Assembly (NCBI GenBank): GCA_000505065.1
Contig: AWSN01000001.1
Span: 262,567 to 313,819, forward strand
Length of the DNA: 51,253 bases
Direction: 5' to 3'
DNA from: Parcubacteria bacterium RAAC4_OD1_1
GTDB lineage: Bacteria > Patescibacteriota > Minisyncoccia > Phycocordibacterales > UBA9973
Part shown: piece by piece, positions 34,949 to 44,753 of the stretch
Numbering within the stretch: the first letter of the stretch is position 1
How the letters are laid out: each line of letters begins with the position of its first letter
Made by a program: the position numbers and the translations under genes
Notes under the pieces: model-generated
What the model saw: the letters and a program-made list of their open reading frames with translations, nothing else
Told to the model about the DNA's origin: nothing
Databases searched by the model: none

Positions 34949-35629
34949 ATGGAAAAGAAAATTGAATCACTCCCTGGGATAGGATTGATAATATCAATAC
35001 TATCTATAATTACCCTCCTTTTTATTATCATAATGAACTTTGATAATAAATTTACTGATTTCTTGAGTAAAAATTTGATATGGATAATACTAATATTAAT
35101 TATAATAATATTATTTATGTTCTTTAGAAAAAGAAATCATGCGCACGGTGATGATCATAAATCACCACATGGAAGTCATGACGAAGGTCATGGTGAACAT
35201 GATGAACATGGTGATCACGGTCATCATGGAAACGGTTTTTTCAAACAGATTTGGGAAATTATACTCTTAGGAGTTATAATTATAGCCCTTCTTACTGTTT
35301 TGTTCTTTATAGTTTACGGAGCTTGGACATTCTTTACAAAAGATAGTTCAAAGGAAAAACCAAAAAAAGAAATTGTGATCTATGATAAATCTTCAACAAA
35401 AACTTATACTCTAACTAAAGAAAATAGCCCAATAAGAATAGATATTCCAGTTGGGTATGATTATAGTTATGAAAATAAGGGAACTATAAAAGTTCAAATA
35501 AATGAATTGAAAACTTTTATAGATGATGGTAATTATAGAGACCTAAGGAATATTAAAGCTAAATATATTAAATTTTTCTTTTATGAAGAAAACGTTGATA
35601 TCTTGGTTAAAATATTTCCTAAGAAATAA
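34949..35629 (+). CDS. Membrane protein with histidine-rich loop
   Basis: Three TM helices. Loop HAHGDDHKSPHGSHDEGHGEHDEHGDHGHHGNG. Starts 4 nt after the SPFH gene. Confidence 0.75.
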   Translation: MEKKIESLPGIGLIISILSIITLLFIIIMNFDNKFTDFLSKNLIWIILILIIIILFMFFRKRNHAHGDDHKSPHGSHDEGHGEHDEHGDHGHHGNGFFKQIWEIILLGVIIIALLTVLFFIVYGAWTFFTKDSSKEKPKKEIVIYDKSSTKTYTLTKENSPIRIDIPVGYDYSYENKGTIKVQINELKTFIDDGNYRDLRNIKAKYIKFFFYEENVDILVKIFPKK

Positions 35630-35632
35630 CGC

Positions 35633-35668
35633 AAATGCAGGACTTTTCAGTCCTGCATTTTTGTTTTC
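35633..35668 (+). terminator. Bidirectional terminator between convergent genes
   Basis: AAATGCAGGAC-ttttca-GTCCTGCATTT followed by TTGTTTT. Confidence 0.8.
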
Positions 35669-35680
35669 TAAAACTTATCT

Positions 35681-36004
35681 TTAATACATCTCCCCCACTT
35701 GATAGCTCCCATCTTTATCTATTTTTATATTCTTCTCTCCGATGGAATTAAGTAAGAATCTCATTATTCCAAATACAGCTACCATCACAAACAATCCTAT
35801 TATCCCCCAGAGCATATGATTCTTGCTTGTTTTGCGAACTTCTTCATTATCTGGATTTAATAAGAACTTCATAGCTCCCCAGATAAAATAAGCGACCGCA
35901 ATAGCAAATAAAAGAGTGATCAGAGGATTTAATAAATGCTTGCTTATACTCCCCATAAGAGAGACTACATCTGCTTCTGCAATTGGAATAAGACTTATCT
36001 CCAT
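35681..36004 (-). CDS. Small two-helix membrane protein, TrbC/VirB2-type (T4SS pilin-like) paralog 5
   Basis: AVAYFIWGAMKFLLNPDNEEVRKTSKNHMLWGIIGLFVMVAVFGI: shared helix, charged-loop, helix pattern. Confidence 0.7.
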   Translation of the reverse strand: MEISLIPIAEADVVSLMGSISKHLLNPLITLLFAIAVAYFIWGAMKFLLNPDNEEVRKTSKNHMLWGIIGLFVMVAVFGIMRFLLNSIGEKNIKIDKDGSYQVGEMY

Positions 36005-36009
36005 AAATA

Positions 36010-36387
36010 TTAGCAGTTATAATAAAGTTGTCCGTCTTGCATTATAGGTGTACAAGGAACGATTGGGCTCTCAGGATTAGAATCTACTCCAAATGTTCTC
36101 TGAACGATAGCAATAATACCCCAGAATGCTACGATAACAAATAGCCCGATAAGACCTTGGATTATTATATTCTTTGCATTTTTCTTTGATTCTTCATCTC
36201 CAGCAAAAGAATACTTAACAATTCCCCAAATAAAGTATGCTACAGCAATTGTAATAAGAACAGGGATAACATAAGACACTAACCCTCCAATAGTAGCAAC
36301 GATGTCTCCTATTGTTGTTCTAGAAGCTGCAAAAGCCAATACTGGCATAAGACCGAAAACTGCACCAAGTGAAACTATTTTTTTCAT
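36010..36387 (-). CDS. T4SS pilin-like small membrane protein, paralog 4 (with signal peptide)
   Basis: AVAYFIWGIVKYSFAGDEESKKNAKNIIIQGLIGLFVIVAFWGI; N-terminal signal sequence. Confidence 0.7.
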   Translation of the reverse strand: MKKIVSLGAVFGLMPVLAFAASRTTIGDIVATIGGLVSYVIPVLITIAVAYFIWGIVKYSFAGDEESKKNAKNIIIQGLIGLFVIVAFWGIIAIVQRTFGVDSNPESPIVPCTPIMQDGQLYYNC

Positions 36388-36485
36388 AAACTTAATTTTT
36401 ATTTTAATAACCTTATAATTTTTAATGCCGACTGCATTAAACTGATATAATATTCTATAAATATATTATATCATAAAAAAACTAA

Positions 36486-36803
36486 TTAATCTGATTGTCC
36501 ATTAGGTGTAATACTTGGTTTATCTAATTTAAAATCATCTATAAAAGTATTACCAATTATTCTAACCAAACCCCACATAGCCACAATCACAAACATAGCA
36601 ATCAAACCCCAAATTATAAACTCTTTACCTTTTTTCCTTCCCTCTTCGTTATCTGGATTCATATAAAATTTAACGACTCCATAAACAAAACCTAAAACAG
36701 CTAATGTTATTAAAAATGGTATAACAAAATTACCAATCAAACCATTAAAATAAGTTATAATTCCTTCTACATTATCTTTTGCTGCATATGCAATATTAAT
36801 CAT
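36486..36803 (-). CDS. T4SS pilin-like small membrane protein, paralog 3
   Basis: LGFVYGVVKFYMNPDNEEGRKKGKEFIIWGLIAMFVIVAMWGL. Confidence 0.7.
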   Translation of the reverse strand: MINIAYAAKDNVEGIITYFNGLIGNFVIPFLITLAVLGFVYGVVKFYMNPDNEEGRKKGKEFIIWGLIAMFVIVAMWGLVRIIGNTFIDDFKLDKPSITPNGQSD

Positions 36804-36815
36804 ATATTTTATTTT

Positions 36816-37235
36816 CTACGCATCACTTTTAATTTCATCGACCGTTTTAACAATTGCTTTTGAAATAACAAATGCTCCAAGAAGTAATATAGCACCGATC
36901 AGAGTGTAAAGTAATGCTTGCTTTGCTTTATTTATCTCTTCTGGGGCACCTTGAGCTTTAATGAAAAGGAATCCTGTGTATATTATAGCCAAAGCGATAA
37001 TAGGAATACCGACAACAAGCACTATTTCTACGATTTGTTCTATAAGAGATGGGATGTCGTTTATTTTGTCTCCTAGTGGATTTTCTATACCAGTACTAAT
37101 CGAAACACCACTACCAATACCACTAGCCCCCACAAACACAAACGGTAGCATAATAGAAAAACCTATTATAAAAATAAAAATGTATTTTGAAAGTTTATAT
37201 AAAACTGTGTATTTTTTTTCTTTTAATTTACTCAT
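36816..37235 (-). CDS. T4SS pilin-like small membrane protein, paralog 2
   Basis: LAIIYTGFLFIKAQGAPEEINKAKQALLYTLIGAILLLGAFVI. Confidence 0.65.
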   Translation of the reverse strand: MSKLKEKKYTVLYKLSKYIFIFIIGFSIMLPFVFVGASGIGSGVSISTGIENPLGDKINDIPSLIEQIVEIVLVVGIPIIALAIIYTGFLFIKAQGAPEEINKAKQALLYTLIGAILLLGAFVISKAIVKTVDEIKSDA

Positions 37236-37257
37236 AAAAATTTAAATAAATAATAAT

Positions 37258-37656
37258 TTAAAATGAAAGGAAAGTTGTCCCTGACTCAAATCCAAGAGAT
37301 GTAAGTATCGTCTTCACTATGAGCCAAGCCGCAAGTGCTATCACATACCCAATAACTGCATTCTTTAAAATCTTCTTGGCCTTACCGACATTCTCTGAAT
37401 TCCCCCCAGCAGATAAATAGAGCCACCCCACATATATTATTATAAGGGCAAAAATTGGTGTTGCCAATGTGTATAACACATAATTTATTAAATTATTTAA
37501 AAGTGTCATAAAATAATTAAAATCACAGCTATACACTCCGTCGACAGCGGTGTTGTCTGCACAATCAGGTACACGCCCAGCAGAAAAAAGTGCTATTGGA
37601 GTAAGAATGATTATAAGAGAAACTATATAAGCCAATATTTTTTTATAATTTTTCAT
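37258..37656 (-). CDS. T4SS pilin-like small membrane protein, paralog 1
   Basis: LIIIYVGWLYLSAGGNSENVGKAKKILKNAVIGYVIALAAWLI; signal/TM at the N-terminus. Confidence 0.65.
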   Translation of the reverse strand: MKNYKKILAYIVSLIIILTPIALFSAGRVPDCADNTAVDGVYSCDFNYFMTLLNNLINYVLYTLATPIFALIIIYVGWLYLSAGGNSENVGKAKKILKNAVIGYVIALAAWLIVKTILTSLGFESGTTFLSF

Positions 37657-37657
37657 T

Positions 37658-38956
37658 TTATTTTAATAAAAGATTTAATTGATCTCCCGCATTTCTTAGT
37701 GCACCACTTGTAGTATCACCACCTAAAAGAACTCCGTCTATCATATTTTCAAATATTTTATCACTTTTCTTTTTATCTGGATCTATCCAAGATCTAGATA
37801 TAATGGCACTATCCCAAAAAGAATAAAGATATGTTTGTTTTGGTTTTTCAGTAAGCAATGATCTGCTTGCTGTAGGAAGAGAAAAATTTATACTTAGAGA
37901 TTTGGCAACATCGGCTGTCCCTAATTTACTTGCTACAGAAACAGCAGTGCTTAAATTTCCAGATTTTTTATTAATAGCAATAGCATAAATTTTACCATAA
38001 TTTCTTTTGTTTTCAATATTTCTAAGTTGTGGAATTTTGGCAATATCAAAACTTAAATTTGTATTAATTTCCTGTATTTTAAAAAGCTCACTTGCATACC
38101 CCAAATAAAAAGCGAGCTTACCAGAAGTAAACATATCGAGTGATTTTGGAAGTGATTTATTCCAAGAATAAGCTTCATTAGAATTTTTAGAAAAACTCAT
38201 ATAAAATTCAAGTGCTTTAAAAGGAGAAAGTGTACTATCGTCTGATGAATCAAGATAGACTTCATAGCCGGCACCATCTCTGGTGATAATAGGGCTATTG
38301 CTTTGAATAAATAAGGTTGAGAGTATTTCTTTAGCATTATTTATGTTGTCATATCCTCCCAAAGCAATCATACTTTTATCTATTCCTCCATTTGTGTTTT
38401 TCTTTGTTAGTTTAGAATTTAAAATAAAAAATTCATCCCAGTATGATGGAGGAGTTGCAATGCCTTCATTAGAAAGAAGATTCTTGTTGTAATACATCAC
38501 CATCGGATCTACAAGAAAAGGAAAAGCATATATCCCATCTGCACCTAAATAAATATCAGCACCATCTATGTAAGTATCTCTAAAAATCTTCTCAGGAAAA
38601 CTATCATAAGATGTCTTATAAACAAACTTATCATTTCTTATAATCATCGAAGGATCAATAATAAAAAGATCTGGAGCAGTACCAAGAGCAAAAGCTTCAA
38701 TCAATTCTTCTTGATATGTATCTACATTTTTCTGTATGTATTTTATAGATAATTCACTTTCTTTTGAAGGATCTACTTCTGGTAAAAGACTATCCATATT
38801 TTTAGAATCGAGAGTCCCCCAAACGATAATATTTCCTGTAAGCCCAGTTGTTGCTTTATCTTTCTGTCCAATATTAAGCATTCCAGAGAAAACCAAAACA
38901 GCAAAAACAAAAATTGCTATAAAGACTGCAGTTAAAATTGTTTGAAAATTATTCAT
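37658..38956 (-). CDS. Extracellular solute-binding protein (family 1-like), membrane-anchored
   Basis: 432 aa. N-terminal anchor helix. Periplasmic-binding-protein-like sequence (IIVWGTLD...PDLFII...YYNKNLL). No adjacent ABC permease or ATPase. Confidence 0.7.
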   Translation of the reverse strand: MNNFQTILTAVFIAIFVFAVLVFSGMLNIGQKDKATTGLTGNIIVWGTLDSKNMDSLLPEVDPSKESELSIKYIQKNVDTYQEELIEAFALGTAPDLFIIDPSMIIRNDKFVYKTSYDSFPEKIFRDTYIDGADIYLGADGIYAFPFLVDPMVMYYNKNLLSNEGIATPPSYWDEFFILNSKLTKKNTNGGIDKSMIALGGYDNINNAKEILSTLFIQSNSPIITRDGAGYEVYLDSSDDSTLSPFKALEFYMSFSKNSNEAYSWNKSLPKSLDMFTSGKLAFYLGYASELFKIQEINTNLSFDIAKIPQLRNIENKRNYGKIYAIAINKKSGNLSTAVSVASKLGTADVAKSLSINFSLPTASRSLLTEKPKQTYLYSFWDSAIISRSWIDPDKKKSDKIFENMIDGVLLGGDTTSGALRNAGDQLNLLLK

Positions 38957-38968
38957 CCTGTTTATAAT

Positions 38969-39487
38969 TTATACTGTAAAGATTATACCATAATTTTGTG
39001 GATTAAGAGCTATGTTTTCCACATAACGAAAACCCCTCTTTTCAAATAATTCTTTGACTTCATTTTCTTTCAAGAATAAATGATGATGCGAACCGAAAGT
39101 GGGAGTGGATTTATCTATGAGTAAAATTTTGCCATTATTTTTTAAAATTCTTTTTGCTTCATCAATAAGCCCCACTTTATCTTTTGCCTGAAAAAGAACA
39201 TTGGCGATTATGATCGCATCGATAGATTTATCTATGATCTTTGTTCCACCCTTTATTTCTATGTCACCCCAAATAGAAGAGACATTAGAAATCTTAAGTC
39301 TTTTTAATTCATCTTCTAGTTTTTTCACAAGTCCTTTTTGAACTTCAATAGCATAAACTTTTCCAGAATTCCCTACTCTTTTACTAGAAGCTATAGTATA
39401 AGCTCCCATCCCTGCACCAAAGTCAGCAACTCTCATCCCTTCATGAAGGACTAATTTTGCTACATTTTGTTCTGGATTTCCAAACAT
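38969..39487 (-). CDS. Class I SAM-dependent methyltransferase
   Basis: Motif I VADFGAGMGAYT and post-I/II acidic residues; 172 aa. Confidence 0.8.
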   Translation of the reverse strand: MFGNPEQNVAKLVLHEGMRVADFGAGMGAYTIASSKRVGNSGKVYAIEVQKGLVKKLEDELKRLKISNVSSIWGDIEIKGGTKIIDKSIDAIIIANVLFQAKDKVGLIDEAKRILKNNGKILLIDKSTPTFGSHHHLFLKENEVKELFEKRGFRYVENIALNPQNYGIIFTV

Positions 39488-39592
39488 ATTTATATTATAT
39501 CACATTATTTTTAAAAAAATACTAATTTATCCCCATTTTTAGCAAAAAGATAAATTAAATCTATATATTTACATATATGTATACATATATAA

Positions 39593-39630
39593 TTTTACAA
39601 ATATTACGCCCCTGCGTAATAATTGCAAAA
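39593..39630. repeat. Extragenic palindromic repeat, copy 1
   Basis: Contains attacgcccctgcgtaataattgcaaaa (39603-39630), identical to 40301-40328. Core palindrome ATTACGC-ccct-GCGTAAT. Lies downstream of the PaaX-like gene. Confidence 0.8.
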
Positions 39631-39679
39631 CAATATATATTATATATCATTACTCCATATCTATATTTTTATATATTTC

Positions 39680-40261
39680 TTAATCTAATTTAAAAAAAGT
39701 TCTAAGGGCTTTATCATTTTCAATTTTTTCAGCAATTATATAAATAATCTCCTTCCCTATTTTAAAATCCAATTTTAAAAGAGTTATTAATTCTTCACAA
39801 TCATAAGGATAAATCCAGACACTGTGCTGTAACTTTATAAACCCAATCTGTTTCAATGTAAATCTTAATTTATCTCTCTGGTTTTTTCTTGATTGAGGAA
39901 TATCAAAAATAACAATCCTCCATTTTTTATCCCATTTTTTGGGTTTTTTAAATTTAAAATTACTTTTTTCAAGATTAATTAATTTCAATTTACCTTTCTC
40001 TGTTAATTTGAGAAATTTATGTCCATCTTTTTCAACAAAAATAACAAGCCCTAATGATATCATTTTTGATAAAGAACGCTTGGTGTCATTTTTAAAATTA
40101 TTTAATTTTTTATCTATCCCAAAAGATTTCAACATCTGAATTGCATTTGGAGCAACAAGTGCCACACTAAGAAGTCCTGCCGTCGCAACAGAAGCCAAAA
40201 TAATTTTTTGAATATTTATTTTCTTTTGTTCTTTTTTTAATTCTTTTTCTAATCCAGACAT
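39680..40261 (-). CDS. PaaX-like transcriptional regulator (winged helix plus Cas2-like ferredoxin fold)
   Basis: WRIVIFDIPQSRKNQRDKLRFTLKQIGFIKLQHSVWIYP resembles the PaaX/Cas2-type beta-alpha-beta core. An N-terminal wHTH-like segment follows a hydrophobic helix. Confidence 0.6.
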   Translation of the reverse strand: MSGLEKELKKEQKKINIQKIILASVATAGLLSVALVAPNAIQMLKSFGIDKKLNNFKNDTKRSLSKMISLGLVIFVEKDGHKFLKLTEKGKLKLINLEKSNFKFKKPKKWDKKWRIVIFDIPQSRKNQRDKLRFTLKQIGFIKLQHSVWIYPYDCEELITLLKLDFKIGKEIIYIIAEKIENDKALRTFFKLD

Positions 40262-40290
40262 ATATAAATATAATATTACTTATAATTATC

Positions 40291-40328
40291 TTTTGCAATA
40301 ATTACGCCCCTGCGTAATAATTGCAAAA
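40291..40328. repeat. Extragenic palindromic repeat, copy 2
   Basis: ttttgcaataattacgc-ccct-gcgtaataattgcaaaa: 17-nt arms with one mismatch. Lies downstream of the aldo/keto reductase gene and upstream of the PaaX-like gene. Confidence 0.8.
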
Positions 40329-40350
40329 TCATAATAATATTGTTTTGTGT

Positions 40351-41220
40351 TTATTTAAGTTGAACAGCATTACTCCTATCTAATTGTATAGGATAATTAA
40401 TTATTAAAAATTCCACATCTTCAGGTGACATATTCCATCCAACAGATCCAAAATTTTCTTCTAGATGTTTTATATTACTTGCTTTAGTTAGCGTAATTAC
40501 ATTTTTTTGAGAAATAAGCCAATTAATAGCAATCTGTGCAGGAGTTTTATTATATTTTTCACATAATTTATCAGTCACATCAATTCCTGTTTTTGCTAAA
40601 TTACCCTGTTGGATTGGTCTCCAAGCCTCTATAAAAATATCGTTTTCTTGGCAATATTTTATAACTCTTTTTAATACAGGTTCTCTAAAAATTAAATTAT
40701 AATGAACTTGGTTTAATACAATTTTATTTTTAGTTTTACTTTGAGCTTCTGTTAACCTTTCAACATTAAAATTACATACACCAATATTTTTAATTAATCC
40801 TTGCTCTTTCAAATAGTCAAAAGCTTTCATTGTTTCTTCTATTTCTATATCAGAATTAGGGGCATGAATAAGATATAAATCTAAATAATCCATCTGTAGA
40901 CGAGCTAAACTATCTTTACAATGAGAAATAACATCATCATAACCTAAATTAGCAGGGCTAACTTTAGAAGTTATAAATAATTTTGACCTATCATAATATT
41001 TTAATGCTTTACCTAATATTTCTTCACTATATCCCTTTGCATACATTTCAGCTGTATCAAAACGATATCCGCCTAAATCAATAGTTTTCTTTATAGCTTC
41101 TATGTCACCACTTTCATCATAATCATTTTCTTTTTCAAAACTTCCACCCATAAACCAAGTACCAAATCCCAAAACTGGAATTTCAAATCCATTATTTAAT
41201 TTTTTAATTGGGATATTCAT
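40351..41220 (-). CDS. Aldo/keto reductase
   Basis: GFGTW, FDTAEMY and LIHAP motifs. Start moved to ATG 41220 (MNIPIKKLNNG) so that it does not overlap gyrA. Confidence 0.9.
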   Translation of the reverse strand: MNIPIKKLNNGFEIPVLGFGTWFMGGSFEKENDYDESGDIEAIKKTIDLGGYRFDTAEMYAKGYSEEILGKALKYYDRSKLFITSKVSPANLGYDDVISHCKDSLARLQMDYLDLYLIHAPNSDIEIEETMKAFDYLKEQGLIKNIGVCNFNVERLTEAQSKTKNKIVLNQVHYNLIFREPVLKRVIKYCQENDIFIEAWRPIQQGNLAKTGIDVTDKLCEKYNKTPAQIAINWLISQKNVITLTKASNIKHLEENFGSVGWNMSPEDVEFLIINYPIQLDRSNAVQLK

Positions 41221-41222
41221 TT

Positions 41223-43679
41223 TTACAAACAAGTTATCGATGCAATGCTATCTCCATCACGAAGTTTCATTATTGTCACCCCTTGAGTCTGTCGTCCTGA
41301 TGTAGGGATTGATTTAAGATCAACTCTTATTACTTGACCCTTTTGAGACACTGCGATAATTTCATTCTCATCACCAACAATTTTAGCAACTATGAGCTTC
41401 CCAGTCTTTGCTGTCACTTTTGCAGTTTTGATACCAGAGCCACTTCTCTTTTGAACTTTATATTCTTTGATATTTGTTTTCTTTCCGAGACCATTTGAAC
41501 CAAGTGTAAGAAGTGACAAGTCAGGAACTCCACGAGGAACTCTATCCACACCGATAACAAAGTCTCCCTTACCAAGCTTTATAGCCCGTACCCCTCCAGC
41601 AGTTCTCCCCATCTCTCTCACATCACTTTCTTTAAATCTTATTGATTGTCCTAATGTTGTAGCGAGCATAACATCATCACCTTTTGAAATAGGCAAAACA
41701 TTCTCGAGTTCATCATCTTTATCAAGTTTGATAGCAATAAGTCCACTTCTTCTTACATCTTTAAATCCTAGAGCTTCAACCTTTTTAGCGACCCCCATCT
41801 TGGTCACAAGCATAAGTGACTCCACGGTCTTTTTGGTTTCTTTATCTATAGGAAGGATTGTCGTTACTTTTTCTTCACCATCTAATGAAATAAAATTCAT
41901 TATTGATTTACCTTTTGTAGCACGTTTACCTTCTGGTATATCATACATCTTGATCTGGTATGCTTTACCCAAATTAGTAAAGAAAAGCAAATCACTATGA
42001 GTATTAGCAGAGATGAGCATCGTCACAAAATCTTCTTCTTTCGGCTCGATATCTATCACCCCCACCCCGCCTCTCTTTTGAGCTTTGTATTCACTTGGAT
42101 CAGTGCGCTTCACATATCCACCTTTAGTAAAAACAAGAACTGATTCTTTTTCTGGAATTAAATCTTCTTCATTTATAGCTTTTACACCACCTTTAACTAT
42201 CCTTGTTCTTCTTTCATCAGAATATTTTTCTTTTATAGAAACAAGTTCATCAGAAATAACCTTGAGCATTTTCTTTGGATTAGCCAAAAGTGCTTCTAAT
42301 TCTTTTATGAGTTCTTGTTTTTCTTTGAGTTCTAGTTCAACATTCTTTCTTTCTAGTCCTGCAAGCTTTTGCAATTTCATTTCAAGAATAGCAAGTGCTT
42401 GAAGTTCTGAGAATTTAAATTCTTTCATCAAGTTTGCTTTAGCTGTAGCAGTGTCTTTGGATGCTCTAATAACAGAAATAACTCGATCTATATGGTCAAG
42501 TGCTTTCTTAAGTCCAAGAAGTATATGCTCTCTGTCTTTTGCTTTCCTAAGATCAAACTCAGTTCGACGACGAACAACCACAACTCTATGATCAATAAAC
42601 TCACCAAGAAGTCCTTTTAGAGAAAGAGTTTGAGGTACTCCATCTACCAAAGCCACGATATTAAAATTAAAAGATTGCTCAAGCTGTGTATGCTTATAAA
42701 TATAATTTAAAACTTTTTGAGGGAAAACTCCGGATTTTAAATCTATTACAACTCTTATATCTTTGGTTGACTCATCACGAAGACCTTTTATACCTTCTAA
42801 TTTTTTTTCTTGGATAAGGTTTGCGATAGATTCTATAAGTGCTGACTTATTTACTCTATAAGGTATGGATGTAATTATTATTTGAAATGTTCCAGATTTC
42901 TGCTCGACAATTTCAGCTTCTCCACGAGTGACTACTCCTCCACGTCCAGTCGAATATGCATGAAGTAAATCGGCTTGATTATAAGCCACACCTCCAACGG
43001 GGAAATCGGGACCTTTAATAAACTGCATTAAGTCTTCTGTCGTTGCTTCTTTATTTTCTATAAGATGAATTGTGGCATCTATAACTTCATTTAGATTATG
43101 GGGTGGAATGTTGGTCGCCATACCAACAGCAATACCCAATGTACCGTTTATAAGAAGATTAGGAACTGAAGTAGGTAGTACTATAGGTTCTTTACGAGTT
43201 TGATCATAATTGGGTCTAAAATCTACAGTTTCCTTTTCTAAATCAAGAAGAAGAAGTGAGGAAATTTTAGACATTTTAGCTTCAGTATAACGCATCGCAG
43301 CAGCTCCATCCCCATCAATAGATCCAAAGTTTCCTTGTCCGTGTACAAGTGGATATCTATAAGAAAAATCCTGTGCCATACCTACCATAGAATCATAAAC
43401 AGCTACATCTCCGTGAGGATGATATTTACCGAGCACATCTCCAACCACCGCAGCACTTTTTCTAAATCTAGAAGAAGAAGTAAGACCCATTTCATGCATA
43501 GCATAAAGTATCCTTCGGTGCACTGGCTTTAAACCATCACGAACATCAGGAAGTGCACGATCTGTAATAACAGACATAGCATAATCTATAAAAGAGACTT
43601 TCATCTCAGATACAATATCGACGGGAACTACATTTGTTTTTACCTCTTCTTTATTATTTAAATCTTCTTTTTTAACCAT
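41223..43679 (-). CDS. gyrA: DNA gyrase subunit A
   Basis: [16 protein letters not shown], the active-site region AAMRYTE, and C-terminal beta-pinwheel repeats. Confidence 0.97.
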   Translation of the reverse strand: MVKKEDLNNKEEVKTNVVPVDIVSEMKVSFIDYAMSVITDRALPDVRDGLKPVHRRILYAMHEMGLTSSSRFRKSAAVVGDVLGKYHPHGDVAVYDSMVGMAQDFSYRYPLVHGQGNFGSIDGDGAAAMRYTEAKMSKISSLLLLDLEKETVDFRPNYDQTRKEPIVLPTSVPNLLINGTLGIAVGMATNIPPHNLNEVIDATIHLIENKEATTEDLMQFIKGPDFPVGGVAYNQADLLHAYSTGRGGVVTRGEAEIVEQKSGTFQIIITSIPYRVNKSALIESIANLIQEKKLEGIKGLRDESTKDIRVVIDLKSGVFPQKVLNYIYKHTQLEQSFNFNIVALVDGVPQTLSLKGLLGEFIDHRVVVVRRRTEFDLRKAKDREHILLGLKKALDHIDRVISVIRASKDTATAKANLMKEFKFSELQALAILEMKLQKLAGLERKNVELELKEKQELIKELEALLANPKKMLKVISDELVSIKEKYSDERRTRIVKGGVKAINEEDLIPEKESVLVFTKGGYVKRTDPSEYKAQKRGGVGVIDIEPKEEDFVTMLISANTHSDLLFFTNLGKAYQIKMYDIPEGKRATKGKSIMNFISLDGEEKVTTILPIDKETKKTVESLMLVTKMGVAKKVEALGFKDVRRSGLIAIKLDKDDELENVLPISKGDDVMLATTLGQSIRFKESDVREMGRTAGGVRAIKLGKGDFVIGVDRVPRGVPDLSLLTLGSNGLGKKTNIKEYKVQKRSGSGIKTAKVTAKTGKLIVAKIVGDENEIIAVSQKGQVIRVDLKSIPTSGRQTQGVTIMKLRDGDSIASITCL

Positions 43680-43682
43680 AAA

Positions 43683-44009
43683 TTAATTATTATATTCTAC
43701 AGGTATGAGCTCAATCATCTTTTCTTCACCCTTAATCTCTCTTTTAATATCTTTCAAATCTTCAATATTTCCAACACTGGCTAAAACATTTTTATAAGTG
43801 GAAGATATGGAATCTTTAAAAAGAACAAATGGTTTAGGAGAATTATCTTCTACTTCATTTTTTGCGACTATGCTATTATTAAACCTCGAACTTACTGTCA
43901 AAGCCCAAGCTCCAACAACAACAAAAACAGAAACAAACATCCATTTTGCGAGGACTCTTTTCCTGGCACTTTCATTTTTTTCTTTTACTTTTTGAATGTA
44001 TTTATACAT
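43683..44009 (-). CDS. Hypothetical single-pass membrane protein
   Basis: 108 aa with one TM helix (WMFVSVFVVVGAWALTV). Tightly packed between the gyrA and MBL-fold hydrolase genes. Confidence 0.5.
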   Translation of the reverse strand: MYKYIQKVKEKNESARKRVLAKWMFVSVFVVVGAWALTVSSRFNNSIVAKNEVEDNSPKPFVLFKDSISSTYKNVLASVGNIEDLKDIKREIKGEEKMIELIPVEYNN

Positions 44010-44017
44010 AAAAATTA

Positions 44018-44638
44018 TTATGATGTTAATACTATTATTTCACCTTCACGACCTACTAATTCTTTTGATTTAATTGTGAGTTTGTCTTGTGAAGCTACCT
44101 TTTCTTGACCACCTTCTTTTAAGAATGCTTTTAAAGATTTATCATCATAATCCATCGGTATAATAACTTTTGGTTCAAGAGCCACGGCAAGCTTATAAGC
44201 ATCTCCAGGTGAAGTTATAGCAGAATTTATTGAAACAAAAAGTATATCAGGTGGATCAATTTGACCTCTTATATCTCCACCCAATTTATTTCCACTTATA
44301 GAACCAAGGAAACAAATATAAATGTTCTCAAGTGATAAAGAATAAATGGTATTGATATATTTTTTATTATCGATTTCTATATTAGTCATTATCCCTTTTA
44401 TAAAAATATCTTTGATTTCATAATCCCCAGGGCTTTTAACTTCAAAAGGAAAAGTATCTCCATGAGAAAGCATATCGAGTCCATTATAATCAGGATGATT
44501 GATTGTAGAAAAGGCAATATCTGCACCAAAGCGAGAGACTTTAGCATTTTTAGAATCTTTACTTATGGGATTAAAAGCTAAAGTTAGATCCCCTTTCTGA
44601 ATCTTAAAAAATTGCTTACCAAAGTATGTAATAATCAT
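44018..44638 (-). CDS. Metallo-beta-lactamase-fold hydrolase (UPF0173-like)
   Basis: 206 aa. The N-terminus MIITYFGKQFFKIQ and overall pattern match the UPF0173 family as I recall it. The classical HxHxDH motif is not evident. Confidence 0.6.
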   Translation of the reverse strand: MIITYFGKQFFKIQKGDLTLAFNPISKDSKNAKVSRFGADIAFSTINHPDYNGLDMLSHGDTFPFEVKSPGDYEIKDIFIKGIMTNIEIDNKKYINTIYSLSLENIYICFLGSISGNKLGGDIRGQIDPPDILFVSINSAITSPGDAYKLAVALEPKVIIPMDYDDKSLKAFLKEGGQEKVASQDKLTIKSKELVGREGEIIVLTS

Positions 44639-44753
44639 ATGGGTATTATATCAGATAAAAGATAATTAATCCAATAATTTTAGTTTATGCATCTCTCAAA
44701 TAATTAATTTCTCTAGATAGAGGTCGGGCCCCTATCTCTATTATATATATTGT

